The notes under the pieces were generated by a model. The model saw only the letters and a program-made list of their open reading frames with translations. It did no database searches and was not told where the DNA came from. From Macrostomum hystrix (lineage: Eukaryota > Animalia > Platyhelminthes), in NCBI GenBank assembly GCA_950097015.1, contig CATNEN010000035.1, positions 1,178,001-1,242,000 of the forward strand: a stretch of 64,000 bases of DNA, in the 5' to 3' direction. The position numbers were made by a program, and so were the translations under genes. Shown here one piece after another: positions 1 through 13,956 of the stretch; the first letter of the stretch is position 1, and the number at the start of each line of letters is the position of its first letter.

Positions 1-1503
1 AAAATGTAGGTAACTGGATTGACAGTTGATTTGATGATTATTATTAGGGCAAATCGCTGGCACCAAAGCTACCAAAAATCGCTAATTTATCCACCTGATA
101 ACCTGTATAAAACAGTTGTGCCACCCTTAGAAAAAAAATAATTTTCAATCAAAGGCGCACTTAGGTGGAAAAGAATAGGTGAAAATAATTTGGAGACAAC
201 AATCACACAACGTTGTTCAATATTTCTTTTGTTAAAAAGGTTCAATCGATTTATATATATATATTTCCTAACACAAATAGATGTATGAACCGGAAACTTT
301 TCAAGCGCACACAATCGAGAGAAACACTTGTTTATATAATTTTACTAAAATTTATATTGATTGCTGCTTTAAGCCCCCAAAAAGATGGAGAGTAATCACT
401 GGGCAAGCTAGTTGCTTCAAGAGATCGCTAGCTGGACAGACTGTAGAAAAAAGTTAGCTTTCATTAAACTAGATAATATAGAAAAGGACTAATTCCAGCG
501 CACATTCGCACAGGACTACTAACTTATAATCAGCTACAAGTAGTAGTAGTGAGGCCAAAACTTCCACCATGGGCATTTGAGAGATTTTAATGATCAAAAG
601 TTTGTTTCTGCACGATTGCTATTTTAATGGTGGAAATTCGTTGCTCACAGAATTTTCAGGCAGATAAGATGACACCTGAAGTCTGGATAAGCACAAGTTG
701 CACTGGGATCGAGCTAATTAGGCACTGTAGAGCATTGCATGATTAAAATTGAGGGGGCCAGCCGGCTAGGCAGATAACAGACTTGGGAGCAGTTTTAAAC
801 AGCCCAGATTGGAATTCTAGGTGTTACAAGTATCAGGCTCAAGTGTTAGAAGGTTTGCAGCCGATAACATCAGTTGTAAATGCGATCAGAAAAAAACGCG
901 CGCACAAAAGATGACGGGGTAAAAAAAGAATATGAACAATAAATTCACTCATCCGATATTGGTTTTTAAACTGCTTCTAAACTGGACCTGCCGCTCGCCG
1001 CTGCCACTGATAGCATAACGCAATGCAAGACTTGCCTATTCTGTGAACCCAATGCATGATTTCAGCTTTTAGCGCCACGGATGACAAGTAACAATGGGTG
1101 TTTATAAATAGACAACTAAACGGAGCACTAGAGTTGAAAGCTGTTCTAAAACAACAGAAAGAAACCAGAGCAACAAAAAGCATATTAGCTAGCTATCGCC
1201 AAAGTGTCAAAAAGCAGAAGATCGATAGTCTGGTGAATTCAAAAGATGGCAATGTTCAACTAACAGACACAATAGGCTAATAAATAACTAGGGCTAATTA
1301 ACAAACTGACAATCAACTTTCTTCATTCTATCGGGGTCCTTAATTGACAAAGACTCAAAATGAATAGATTTTAGTCGAGATGACAATTTCGAGGCTTGTG
1401 ATTATTTAACTAAACTAGGTCTAAGAGTTTAGTTGATGAATTTGTCTAAGTTTGCATCGATGGTCGCAAAGCTTAGGATTTTGGTGGTTGAAAGCTGTTT
1501 AGT

Positions 1504-3646
<2,143 letters not shown>

Positions 3647-6600
3647 TCACACAAGCTGAAAAGTGTGATTTATTCATTTAACACCCTTAACAATAATTAT
3701 TACATTATGTTTATTGCAAATTTCAACTTAAAAACTTCTTGAAAACAGTATACAAACTTCCTTTCTTGTTGTTCAACATGTTTTCAACAATGTAAGAAAT
3801 TAGGAAAAAACGTAAACATTTTTTATATCGCTGGTTTAAAATTAAAAGAATGCTAGAAAACATTTTTGTAGAAAAAGTTCAGTCATTTGTAAAAATAAAA
3901 AAAACGGACACAAAAATAGTAGGCCATGTGATTAATGTCAAGAGCTATCTTTTTTGAGTCACACTTTGTAGGCCACAAATAGTAAAATAATTACAAAATG
4001 TAGTCTTAGAATATCAATTATTATAACAATGAATAAACCTAATCAGAAAATTTTATAGGCAATAAAAATAGAAACATTTACATGTGTACAAACATAATAA
4101 TGTTTCTTTATACTTTAAAGCCTCCCTGTCAAAACCAGACCTAATACTTGAATTCTTTGTAGCAAAAAATGTTCCAGCTAATTAATTGTATAGGGTATCG
4201 CAAAGCAGGTTGATATACTTGCACTGCTGTTATAACTTCTGAGTTTATTGTCTTCTTAGATAATTAATAGCAATTTGTCAGTTAACCTATCTATCACTTT
4301 CTTAAAAAAATTATAATATCATAGTCCCCATTGGAATAAATGTTATAAAACCTATGGATGTTTGCTTAAAAATGCATGGCAACTTATAATATGTTAACCA
4401 TAGTGTCAACCCTAAAAGCTCATTTAGCTATGGCAACATTATACTATACCGCTGCACTACTGGCTTTGACTTCAGGACATATCCAAAACAAACTGAAAAA
4501 TTGTGTCCCACTGAAAATTATAATATTTTTAATATATATATATTTTATATATGTGGTGTCGGCATCCAAACATGTTGTGCTATTCATTGCTAAATTTAAT
4601 GAAACTATTTCAAATAGCAGGTTCTGCAAACAAATGAAAGATTTACCATGTTACTAGCAACCTAGGAAAAATGTTAAACAAACGACGGAAAACTCGATTG
4701 CACACTTATTTAACACGACAGGACGTTGGCATTGTAACATGTTGTGCTAACAGTAGAGTAAAAATATTTTTTCCTTTTCAAATTTTAAGTACCATTAGAA
4801 CAATAAGTGCAGGAAGGCAAATTAATATGATATTATATATACATTCTTAACATTTAAAAAGCATAAAAGAAACTCATTTCATTTATTCTATGGTTAAAAA
4901 AGTGGCGTTGTCATCAGAACAAATATGGCATCGGCATTGTACAACCACAGATCATTAGGACAATAAAATCAAGCTTGGCATATATTCTTGTTTAAACATT
5001 TCCAAAAATTGAAGCAGTAAAAAAAATTCTCTTGAAAGTTTCTATTGCATTGCAAAAAAGTAAGATGCAGCAACTAATACTGCAAAAATATTGTAACTTT
5101 TATTTTTTATATGAACATGGGACAACCCTTTTTGCATATGCAATTTTTACGTGACTTAACTTGACTTCAAAAGCATATATAGATGTGTTTGGTGTTCTGA
5201 AGTTAGTCAATGATTATCATTTCAATTAGTATTTCTCAGTTCTGTTTTACACTTCACTTAGCTATAACCTAAAACCAACATGTCTCTGTCTAAACTATAG
5301 TGGGAAATTATATTACAATTTGTGCATTGATTTTTGGATATGCCCTTCATTGTAAGATGACACCAGAAAGTTATATAGATAGTTGGATGCCATTTGTTCA
5401 CTTATTATAATAGGGATAATAGTTTAGCACTGATATGACAATAATTTAATTTTTTTTAAATTACTATATGTGAAGTGTTTTTATTAAAAAAGTTCCACAT
5501 GAGATAGGCCTAGTACAGAGAAAAAAAATGAAATATCTAGCAATACATGAAACATGATACTTTTAGTAAGATCTGGATCCAAAATATCACTAATTTGGAT
5601 ACGCATTATGTTATAGTGGACAGACATATTGTTGTGGCACACAAACACACATACAGAAAAAACCATATGACCATATTATTCACTGACATGTTTGTGTAAA
5701 CTAACTCTATAGAGTCTGACCAAGTCAGGTTTTTGGTTGAGTCAAGTAATTCGAGTTGAGTAGGCCTAGACAATAAGTCAAAGTAGCTGGGTAAGCCTTA
5801 TTAGTTATCTGGTTAGCAAAGTCAAATACATTTTTGGGAACATTAAACTAAATGTTTTACTTGCTTTACTTGCTTGCCATTATTATATGCTAGAATGACT
5901 ATGTTGTAACAAGCAAGCCAATAGGCCTATAATAGCAAGCTAATTATATTATAAATAAATTCTAGAATCTTAATTGAAATGATTATTGTAAAGCTAAATA
6001 AGAAATATACACGATTGTATCAATCAATCCATATTTTAGCTAGAAATTTTATAAGACTTTGCACATGCTTTTAGGCAAGATAATGTATTAAAGCTAAACG
6101 AAGAAAAACTTTTGAATTAAAACTTTAAGCTTTTAACGTTCCAGCCAAGCTTAATAAAAATAAAAAGCGCCAACGTCGCAAGAAATACGACCCATTTTCA
6201 GTTTCAGTTTAAAACAGTCATGCCGACCTCAATGTCAGAATGAAAACAAAACATTTCTGAATGACGAAATCACAAGATGCATAATGTATTAACGGTTAGC
6301 AGAACTTTCTGGAACAGCACGTATCTTGTTACTTTGGTCAGATCAGTTAAAGCGTGATAGTTAAAACTAAGCACAACTTTTACGACCAAGTCAAAAGTGT
6401 TCCTGTCAGTGTCATTCAAATGCGTTGTTAAAAAGTTTTTTTGCATCAAATTACTAATCAAAGATTGTGATTGTTGTCTTCTATAAATTAAAAACTGCAC
6501 AGTTTTAAATTCAGTGGCGATGGAAGAACTTTACACCGTCGGCGTCACCTTACTTCACTAATTAATTTAGATTTTCTATTGTTATATACATATACTTTTC

Positions 6601-7664
6601 TTAACTCTCGTAGGATATAGGTTTCATTTTAGCTCCTCTCTCTGGAAGGTTAAATTTCAGTCCTTTAGTTTAAACTTAGGATTATTTCGGCGCCGAAGAT
6701 CCTTTAACTACTCATTAAGATAAACTTCAACAACACGACACGTCATTTTTTAAAACACTCTAGTCTTAAGTTAAAATATAGCCTGCATAAGATAGAAAAT
6801 TATGTTTAAGTTCATCGTGGGCCTTTAATTCCGACAGACCCTAATGGTTACAACTGCTTATTCATACTGCATGTTAATCGTTGTAGTTCATTGACAACCC
6901 GCAGTTTGTTGTTGATGTTTTAAAATTGGAATCATTAATTTATTTTGCTTTTATTAATCCACCACCTGAAGTCCATATTTAGCAGTCGTTTTGCATATGT
7001 ATGTATTTAGCATACCTTTGAACGGAGGTTCGAAGGTATGAACAGTTGAAAATATAACGATTATAGAGAAACGTTGTTTAGTACGTTTTTAACTATAGTA
7101 CAAATGAATAAATCAGGGTCACTGCGCTAAACCGTAGAACTTCTGGAGCCATGCATCTGTCGGACCTTTCCTAGCAACCTTCGCCTAGATCTAGTGACGT
7201 TTTCTGCAAATATTTTTCATTAAATTATTTTCATATCACTCTCATATGCAACGCGTTTCTACTCTTTTATGATCCACCCTTATAGCTCAAGAACTTCAGA
7301 CTATTGAGCGTGGCCAATGCCCCCGACCTAGTTAAGAGACCGGAGGCAATAGTTAGCTGGAATACTTGAACACTTGTCCTGTACTTTATGTGTCTGCGGA
7401 AAAGAGAGAAATTAATATCTGCCGGAAAATCGAAGAATAATAAGCTCAGCCAAGCTAATATTAGACATTCCATAGCATGAGATCGTGCCGGCCGGGCAGT
7501 AAATCTGCCGAACCAAAATCGAACCGAAAATCTTTTTCCAGTTAACTACTCAGGCAGCAATATTTTCGGCATATGATTTATGCTAGTGAATAGCTCGAAG
7601 AAAATTCTGCCCTTTTAATAAGTCTGTATTATAGTGTGTACCATGCAAACTACGTTTACAATAC

Positions 7665-7995
7665 AAAAATACACCGGGGGCTGGCAGTAGGACTCGGCGT
7701 CTAAGTCATCAGGCTGACATGTAAATCATAGCCTACGTCAACTAACCCATATCGTTTGGTACATACTCACACACAGATATGCACATATGCCCTGACTTTC
7801 TCATTGTCAGTGGGCACACTTTCGCTATGCCTTAGGCTAGAGGTCGGCCCTCATCGGCGGAATTCGGATGAAAAGCCACCCATCCTTTTCTTCGCTACTG
7901 GGCCACAAAGTAGTGTAGCCTCGCTGCAGATTCGAGCTTGGGACCTTGGCGCAAGATTCCGGATGCGCAACCGTACTGCCAAGGTACAAGGAGGC
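7665..7995 (-). mobile_element. Diverged tRNA-derived SINE related to the copies at 37.6-38.3 kb
   Basis: The minus strand reads TGGCAGTACGG...CCAAGGTCCCAAGCTCGAATC (degenerate A/B boxes). It shares GAGGGCCRACCTC and CTGAC[A/G]ATGAGAAAGTCAGG with the 37.6 kb SINEs. Confidence 0.55.
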
Positions 7996-8859
7996 ACAGT
8001 AATTGTCTTGCCAAGCGTGTTGTCATTTACAGTTCCACGCATCAGTCATGAGCCAAACCTGTCACACATGTCTGAGGGCCTATTCCAACAACTGTGACAA
8101 AAGCTGGCAGCTGGTAGGCAATTCAGCATAACATGTGTTTCTCTAAAGCTAATATGTCGAAGTTAAGCTATATGCTGATTGGAACGCATGGAGTAACTGA
8201 CTGGAGATCTGAAAGCCTGCTCTGACGCGCACATGCATCCGCTATGATGCTCGATTCTAAGGCTACGAGTATACGGATTAAATCTGGACACACGATACAA
8301 AAGTTAATCTGAAAGCTACAGGCCATAGGCCATTGTTTGCTGGGCTATAGGCCATTGTAAATAGTCTATTATGTTGAATAAAGTAAAAACTCCTGCCAGT
8401 AGATTTGACGATTTCTGTCAGATGTTGATAGTGCTGTTTGGCAGAGAATTTACATAGATGACTTTGCAATATATCTCTTTGTCCTTCATGGTCGACAGTG
8501 TCTTGGCAAGCCTGAGACAAGTAAATTGTATTATACGACCTTCCAGTTGAATAACGACGATAGAAGAGCAGCTCTTATATTCCCAATGCGGAAAATTTCA
8601 TTTAATTCCGTGCATGTCCGTGAATTTGCGATTGGTGCAGCTCCTCAGTGCCAGGTAGAATGGCTCCAGGTGCGCAGAAGTCAAGGGTGAAGGGGAATGA
8701 GACGAAGGCACAGCTGTTATATGTTGGAGAGGAATGTGTGCTGTTTTATCTCCTATTCCATTTTCTGAACAGCGTCTGGCTTTTCTGCACTTTTACTATT
8801 GCGTTAATATTGCGTTCCTAAGCAGTAGTCTGCAGTAGTAGCAGCAGTAAGCACTGGTA

Positions 8860-9345
8860 TCTCCAATTTACAAAAAGGACCCCCGCAATGACCCTAAAAA
8901 CTACAGGCCAATAAGCGTTATACCTTGCTATAGCGCCTATTCTCATCAGTTATCTACGAAAAACTGGAGGCACACGTTCGAAATTTCAAGCTTTTGTCCC
9001 AAAATCAGATAGTGAACAGGAAAGGTTACCGAACGTCTGATCACATCGCAACTTTATTGACACTAATCTAAAGTTTAAAAAATGTGGAGACCCCTTCATT
9101 TGGCTTTCTTTGATTTTAAAAGCGCTTTTGATATGGTACACCACTCCACTCTGTTTAATAGACTCAAAGAGAACTCAAAATCTGCCCAGAGATTACACAA
9201 GCAATCGCGAGCATGTATTCAGAAGCAGAATTCCAAGTAAAAATATCTGAAGACACAGCTACTCAAGCCCACTACATCACAAACGGAGTCCGACAGGGCT
9301 GTCCTCTTTCTACATTATTATTTTACTTGTACATACTCGTAGATT
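8860..9345 (+). mobile_element. Degenerate non-LTR retrotransposon reverse transcriptase fragment
   Basis: Broken frames encode KKDPRNDPKNYRPISVI, RTSDHIATL, AFFDFKSAFDMVP and GVRQGCPLSTLLF, which are canonical LINE RT motifs, with stops and frameshifts. Confidence 0.85.
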
Positions 9346-9479
9346 CACACTCACTTCAATTCTCAATAACTCCTTTCACAGTGACACGTTTACACAGAAT
9401 GAGGAGATAAACAATCTGCTTTAATTACTGCGATGGCTTATATTCGGTGAAGATTTAGTAGAAATTCAAAAGGGAAGTA

Positions 9480-9725
9480 GGCTTCCGCGCGGATCACGTG
9501 GCCCGCCAGCTGCAGCCGCCGCCGCCGGATGGTCTCGCTGGGTGGTCGCAGGCCGGCTCGTCGGTAGAGGGCCGCGTTCGAGACAATGTTTTTCGCAGGG
9601 CCCCTGGCGCCGGGGGCAGGCCAGGACGCGCCGTTACGTGGACTGCCTGCTTGCTGATGCCGGTGTCATCGACCGGACCAACGCTGCGGCTGCCTTCAGG
9701 GAGCGAGCCATGAGGAGGGTGCTTC
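9480..9725 (+). mobile_element. 3' fragment of an RTE-like LINE nested in the older LINE
   Basis: This GC-rich island encodes ADHVAR and RGQARTRRYVDCLLADAG, matching the RTE C-terminal GHVxR and GRPxxRYxD motifs. Similar ends occur at 40.8 kb and 58.2 kb. Confidence 0.55.
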
Positions 9726-9729
9726 CCCA

Positions 9730-10320
9730 ATATTTCTTCTTAGAAAATTATCTGGTTTTCGAGCGGTTAATCTCAAACAACTTATACAATTTTGCACAGC
9801 CATGATAGAAAGCATTGTGCTATATGCCTCAGAGGCCTGGGGAGCCTTATGTCTTGAAACTATATGGACCGTGGGACAGAAGTGTAATTGAAGTAATAAA
9901 TTTTCGGAATTCTAAAGCTATTCTCCAGGTAAAACCAAAACACTGACAGCAACGGCCCCCTGTCAGAACTGGGTCGGCTCCCTCCTCCTTATAAAATACA
10001 GAAAAGAAGTATTCAGTACTGGGCTTCACTCTCTAACCGACAAGACTCTATAATCTCGAAATTAGTAACCCATTCGTCTTACACTGGCTGCGGTATCAAG
10101 GCGAAAATGAACAGCAACGTGATGCAAAACTGTCTCCTGATCACAAAAACAGAATCCGTTAATCGATTCTGTCGCTGGAGTCCATACAGTTCGACAGACA
10201 GGGAGAAATTTTTACAAGTAATATCGGTCTCTGTGCAAAACTTTGGTAACCTAACTGAAGATGAAAAATGCATATTCCTTATGGTACAAGAAAGTAAAGA
10301 ACTGACAAGTAAAAACTAAT
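9730..10320 (+). mobile_element. Post-RT 3' part of a degenerate LINE (CR1/L2-group-like)
   Basis: It encodes IVLYASEAWG and ELGRLP, the same type of region as 30594-31319. Its 3' portion resembles 56490-56560. Confidence 0.65.
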
Positions 10321-11086
10321 TGAAATTAGAGAAAGCGCACAGCTGCCCTGACTTGATTTATACTTCACTTTGGCAGAATGTATACGATAGATTCAAAATT
10401 AGAATGCCAAAGTATAATTGACAATACAAATAATGTAATTTTATGCGTAAAAATTAATTAAATATTATGTTTAACAACGTTTTTTTTATTTTTTAGCCAT
10501 GAAAAACTTTTCGCTGTCTGTTTTTTGCTTTCGCTTTTGTTTCCGTTTTTACGCTTTTTGAATTCGTTTGTTAAGTGCCTACGAAAAAAAATTAATTAAA
10601 AATAAACACCTCTTTTGAGTGCACACTTTATAATAAAAATAATATTATATATTAATAATAATAATTAAAAAAGACTGGTCGCATGGGAGTTGTGCATGCC
10701 TGAAGTAGAAGGGTTTTGGAAGGGTGATCTAGCATGTATGTTATATGCGAATATTTATCTTGGCTAACTCATACTTTGAAGAAGATTAAAATTTGAACAA
10801 ATGGTGAATTTCATTTGGTGAATGGTGAATAATGGTGAATAACGATTGGCTATGGGGCGAAAGGCTGTGAGATTTAAAATCCACGTAATTTTGTCCTGTA
10901 GGAAAACTTGTAGAAAGAATGGCTAGATGAAGGCGATCTTAATTACGCAGGAACACACTTTAATTTCCGGGCGAACTTGTCATCAATCAGAACAGCGAAT
11001 TGGTAGACATAAAACTTCATTGTCATGTCGAGTGATCATGCTCTAACCCAGAAATACTGCTTTATTAATGCTACTTTTCTAACAAA

Positions 11087-11400
11087 GGCGGATGTAGGCT
11101 AGTGCTACAGCGTCAGGTCATGGCTTGAAGGTCGGGGTTCGATTCTCGACTACAATAAAACAAGTTGTGTCCTCTAGCAAGATCTTAACTCTGATTTGCT
11201 TCAGTTCACCTAGCTGATAATTAGGTACTAGCATAAGCTGGGATAATTGAGTGTGGGTGTGGCGTCCCCCAGTCCATGGACTGAACAGCCGTACGCAGCC
11301 TTCAGATGCGCCGCGCAATGGCTGCGGCTGTGCTGTCGGCTGAACATCTGACCCAATTGGGACAGGTGTAATCAATAATTATCAATTAACTATTTATAAT
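11087..11400 (+). mobile_element. tRNA-derived SINE with CORE-like central domain (copy 1)
   Basis: It has an A-box-like TAGGCTAGTG, a B box GTTCGATTC, a central GTTGTGTCCTCTAGCAAGATCTTAACTCTG...CTTCAGTTCACCTAGCTG and an AT-rich tail. A homologous copy lies at 18575-18878. Confidence 0.8.
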
Positions 11401-11796
11401 AAGGACGAGGTTACTTACAAAAAAACACATTAAAACACATTGAGATAGATAAAACTCAGTTAATGAACAGTAATTGGCTTTGGCGCTAACAATTCTTGAA
11501 ATAAAACTTGATCGACCTTTCGTCTATTTAACAACAGAGACTAAAGCAAGGCCAAGCAAATATTGATTGACAGGTTTCTGATTTGCCTGATTTCGGAGGA
11601 GAAAGCCGCCGCTCGGTCGGTCGTGACAGAAAACTGCAAAGCGAGAGTTGATGCTATTGATAGGTATGTGCCTTCTTTGCTTTCCTTAGAACTTTTATAA
11701 TTGGGATAAAAATGAAAAGATAAAGGCGACGACACACGAAAAGAACGAATGTAAGCAGTCATGCAGGGTTAAATTATTCTGCACAAGAGTGTAGAT

Positions 11797-12215
11797 CAGG
11801 GGTAGGCAAACTTATTTGCTGGCGGGCCAAAGAGAGAGCCTAAAAGACGACAGCGGGCCGCATTGACTGTATAAATATGAGATAGAGGAGAGATGAGACA
11901 CGGGAGAGATGAGACACAGGAAAGATGGGACACGAGAGAGATGAGACACGGGAGAGATAAGATAGGGAAGAGATTAGACAAGGGAGAGATTAGACACGGG
12001 AGAGATTAGACACGGGAGAGATTAGACACGGGAGAGATTAGACACGGGAGAGATTAGATACGAGAGCGATGAGACACGGGAGAAATTAGACACGAGAGAG
12101 ATTAGACATGAGAGAGATGAAACAGGACACTGTAGATATCAGAAGGGGCAACGGGCCGGATTTTGGAGCTTCGAGGGCCGCATCTGGCCCGCGGGCCGGA
12201 GTTTGCCGACCCCTG
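11797..12215. mobile_element. Non-autonomous hAT-type MITE (419 bp) with an internal ~16-bp purine-rich minisatellite
   Basis: TIRs are CAGGGGTAGGCAAACT and AGTTTGCCGACCCCTG. A perfect 8-bp TSD GTGTAGAT flanks it (11789-11796, 12216-12223). The interior is GAGAGATTAGACACGG-type repeats. Confidence 0.9.
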
Positions 12216-12465
12216 GTGTAGATGGTGCAAAGCTATGAAGCATGTCACAATAGTGGCCAGGAAATAATAGTTTTCGATATCTAGTGCCTGCGCAGCTAGA
12301 TCTAAAGCCAGCATGCATTATTTCAACAACACCGAAAGTGGCGCTTTTACAAACCCAAAATTTCACGAAGCCGTGAAATTTCCCAACGCCGAAAATCTAA
12401 AGTATCCCCTTAATTCACAGGCCCGGAATTTCACTACGTCGAAAATTCATAACGCCGTAGTTTCA

Positions 12466-12794
12466 CAATGTCGAATTCACTGCAGAGATAAGAGAATTCT
12501 CAATGCTGAATTCCCTGCAGAGATAAGAGACTTCACAATGTCGAATTCACTGCAGAGATAAGAGACTTCACAATGTCGAATTCACTGCAGAGATAAGAGA
12601 CTTCACAATGTCGAATTCACTGCAGAGATAAGAGACTTCACAATGTCGAATTCACTGCAGAGATAAGAGACTTCACAATGTCGAATTCACTGCAGAGATA
12701 AGAGACTTCACAATGTCGAATTCACTGCAGAGATAAGAGACTTCACAGTGACTTCACAGTGACTTCACAGTGACTTCACATTGACTTCACAGCA
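12466..12794. repeat. 35-bp minisatellite (~8 copies) followed by ~4 copies of a 10-bp subunit
   Basis: The unit CTGCAGAGATAAGAGACTTCACAATGTCGAATTCA repeats every 35 bp, then GACTTCACAG(T) repeats follow. Confidence 0.95.
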
Positions 12795-12864
12795 AGACTG
12801 ACGAAGACTTTCCTTAAGTATTTGCCGCTTTCTGCTGCATCACGCGCCGCTTCAAACAGAAGTC

Positions 12865-13072
12865 TGTTGTGTAATGATCGATGCTGGTTAGCCGATGTGC
12901 AGTCTTTCTCTTTCTCTCTCAGTGCACCTGCCCCCAGTCCCCCATTGACGCGTACAATGTACATTGCTCACTGCACTTGACTAAACAATAATATATATAT
13001 CGGCTCTCTGCCCATCGCTGGCTTTAAGCGTTTCGTAGCTCGCACACACTCGCCTTGACTTCTAACATAACA
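12865..13072 (+). repeat. 5' LTR
   Basis: TGTTGTGT...ACATAACA, a direct repeat of 17531-17738. Confidence 0.95.
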
Positions 13073-13107
13073 TGACGTCGCAAGTCTAAACTTTCTAGCA
13101 AGCCAGC

Positions 13108-13956
13108 ATGGATGGATTGAGGCCGCCAGAGCCCATGATTTTTGACACCAATAGGGCAGACAACTGGAGGCGATGGATCAGTGCATTTGATTTCTACATG
13201 AAAGCTACGAAGAGGACTGAAGAAAGTGAAGAAGTGAAGATCGCTGTTCTCCTGACCGCGCTGGGATCCGATGGACAGGACGTATTCTCCACGTTTCCTG
13301 CAGACCAAGTAGCAACGTACGCAGCTGTAAAGAGTGCGTTCCAAGAGTACTGCGAGCCTCTGTCGAATGAGACCTTTGAGCGCTACCAGCTTCGAACAAG
13401 AGTGCAAGGAGAAGCTGAGGACTTCGACCAATTCGTCGGCTCACTTCGCCAGCTCATCAAGCGATGCAACTACAGCGAGCCAGCGAACAAGGAGACCATC
13501 GAGAACAGCGTCATTCGAGATCAGATCGTCATCGGTGCGAACGACCCAGCTCTGAGGGAGAGGCTTCTCCGCGAGACAAAGCTGACACTGGACCGCGCCA
13601 TCCAGATGGGTCGAGCGTCGGAGACTTCGAAGCGGCAGGCTCGGACCCTGGCCACAGCGCAGATCAGCCGAGCAACGCCTGCACCCGCGCCAGCGTCCGT
13701 TGAGGCAGTTCAAGGCCGAACCAGCCGGTCGCAGCCCGCCAGCAATGCCAAGTCGGCTCGCAGCTGCGGCTTCTGCGGACAGCAGCATGAGCGGCGCAAG
13801 TGCCCGGCATTCGGTAAGACCTGCAATAACTGTGGTCGCGCAAACCATTTCTCGTCCGTGTGCCGCTCAGCTAAGAAGGTCAACGAGCTGGTGGAGAACA
13901 CCGAGACCGAGTCCGCAGGTGATGGCCCGGCTGCAGCAATCATGACCGTGGAGTAG
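13108..13956 (+). CDS. Retrotransposon Gag (282 aa) with two zinc knuckles
   Basis: It has a capsid-like region (NWRRW...F, RDQIVIG) and CGFCGQQHERRKC plus CNNCGRANHFSSVC (tandem CCHC motifs typical of the Mag clade). It ends at TAG 13954-13956. Confidence 0.92.
   Translation: MDGLRPPEPMIFDTNRADNWRRWISAFDFYMKATKRTEESEEVKIAVLLTALGSDGQDVFSTFPADQVATYAAVKSAFQEYCEPLSNETFERYQLRTRVQGEAEDFDQFVGSLRQLIKRCNYSEPANKETIENSVIRDQIVIGANDPALRERLLRETKLTLDRAIQMGRASETSKRQARTLATAQISRATPAPAPASVEAVQGRTSRSQPASNAKSARSCGFCGQQHERRKCPAFGKTCNNCGRANHFSSVCRSAKKVNELVENTETESAGDGPAAAIMTVE

Noticed and set aside
3730-3750. Heat-shock element upstream of HSP60 (TTCTTGAA)
   Set aside because: Only two nGAAn units are present in very AT-rich DNA, which is compatible with chance.
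6240-7480. Possible Penelope-like remnant (KGLKFNLP on the minus strand); also CKTCLFC near 1020-1050
   Set aside because: Only isolated short motifs are present, with no RT or GIY-YIG core that I could recognise.
7790-7870. Hammerhead-ribozyme-like motifs (CCGATGAG...GAAA on the minus strand; CTGACGA-TGA-GAAA in the 37.7 kb SINEs)
   Set aside because: The core is mutated or stem II is missing, and no NUH cleavage site is correctly positioned after stem III. It is better explained as a SINE hairpin.
12466-12750. CRISPR-like appearance of the 35-bp repeats (also the 41-bp array at 31.3 kb)
   Set aside because: The repeats are directly adjacent with no unique spacers, the context is eukaryotic and there are no cas genes.
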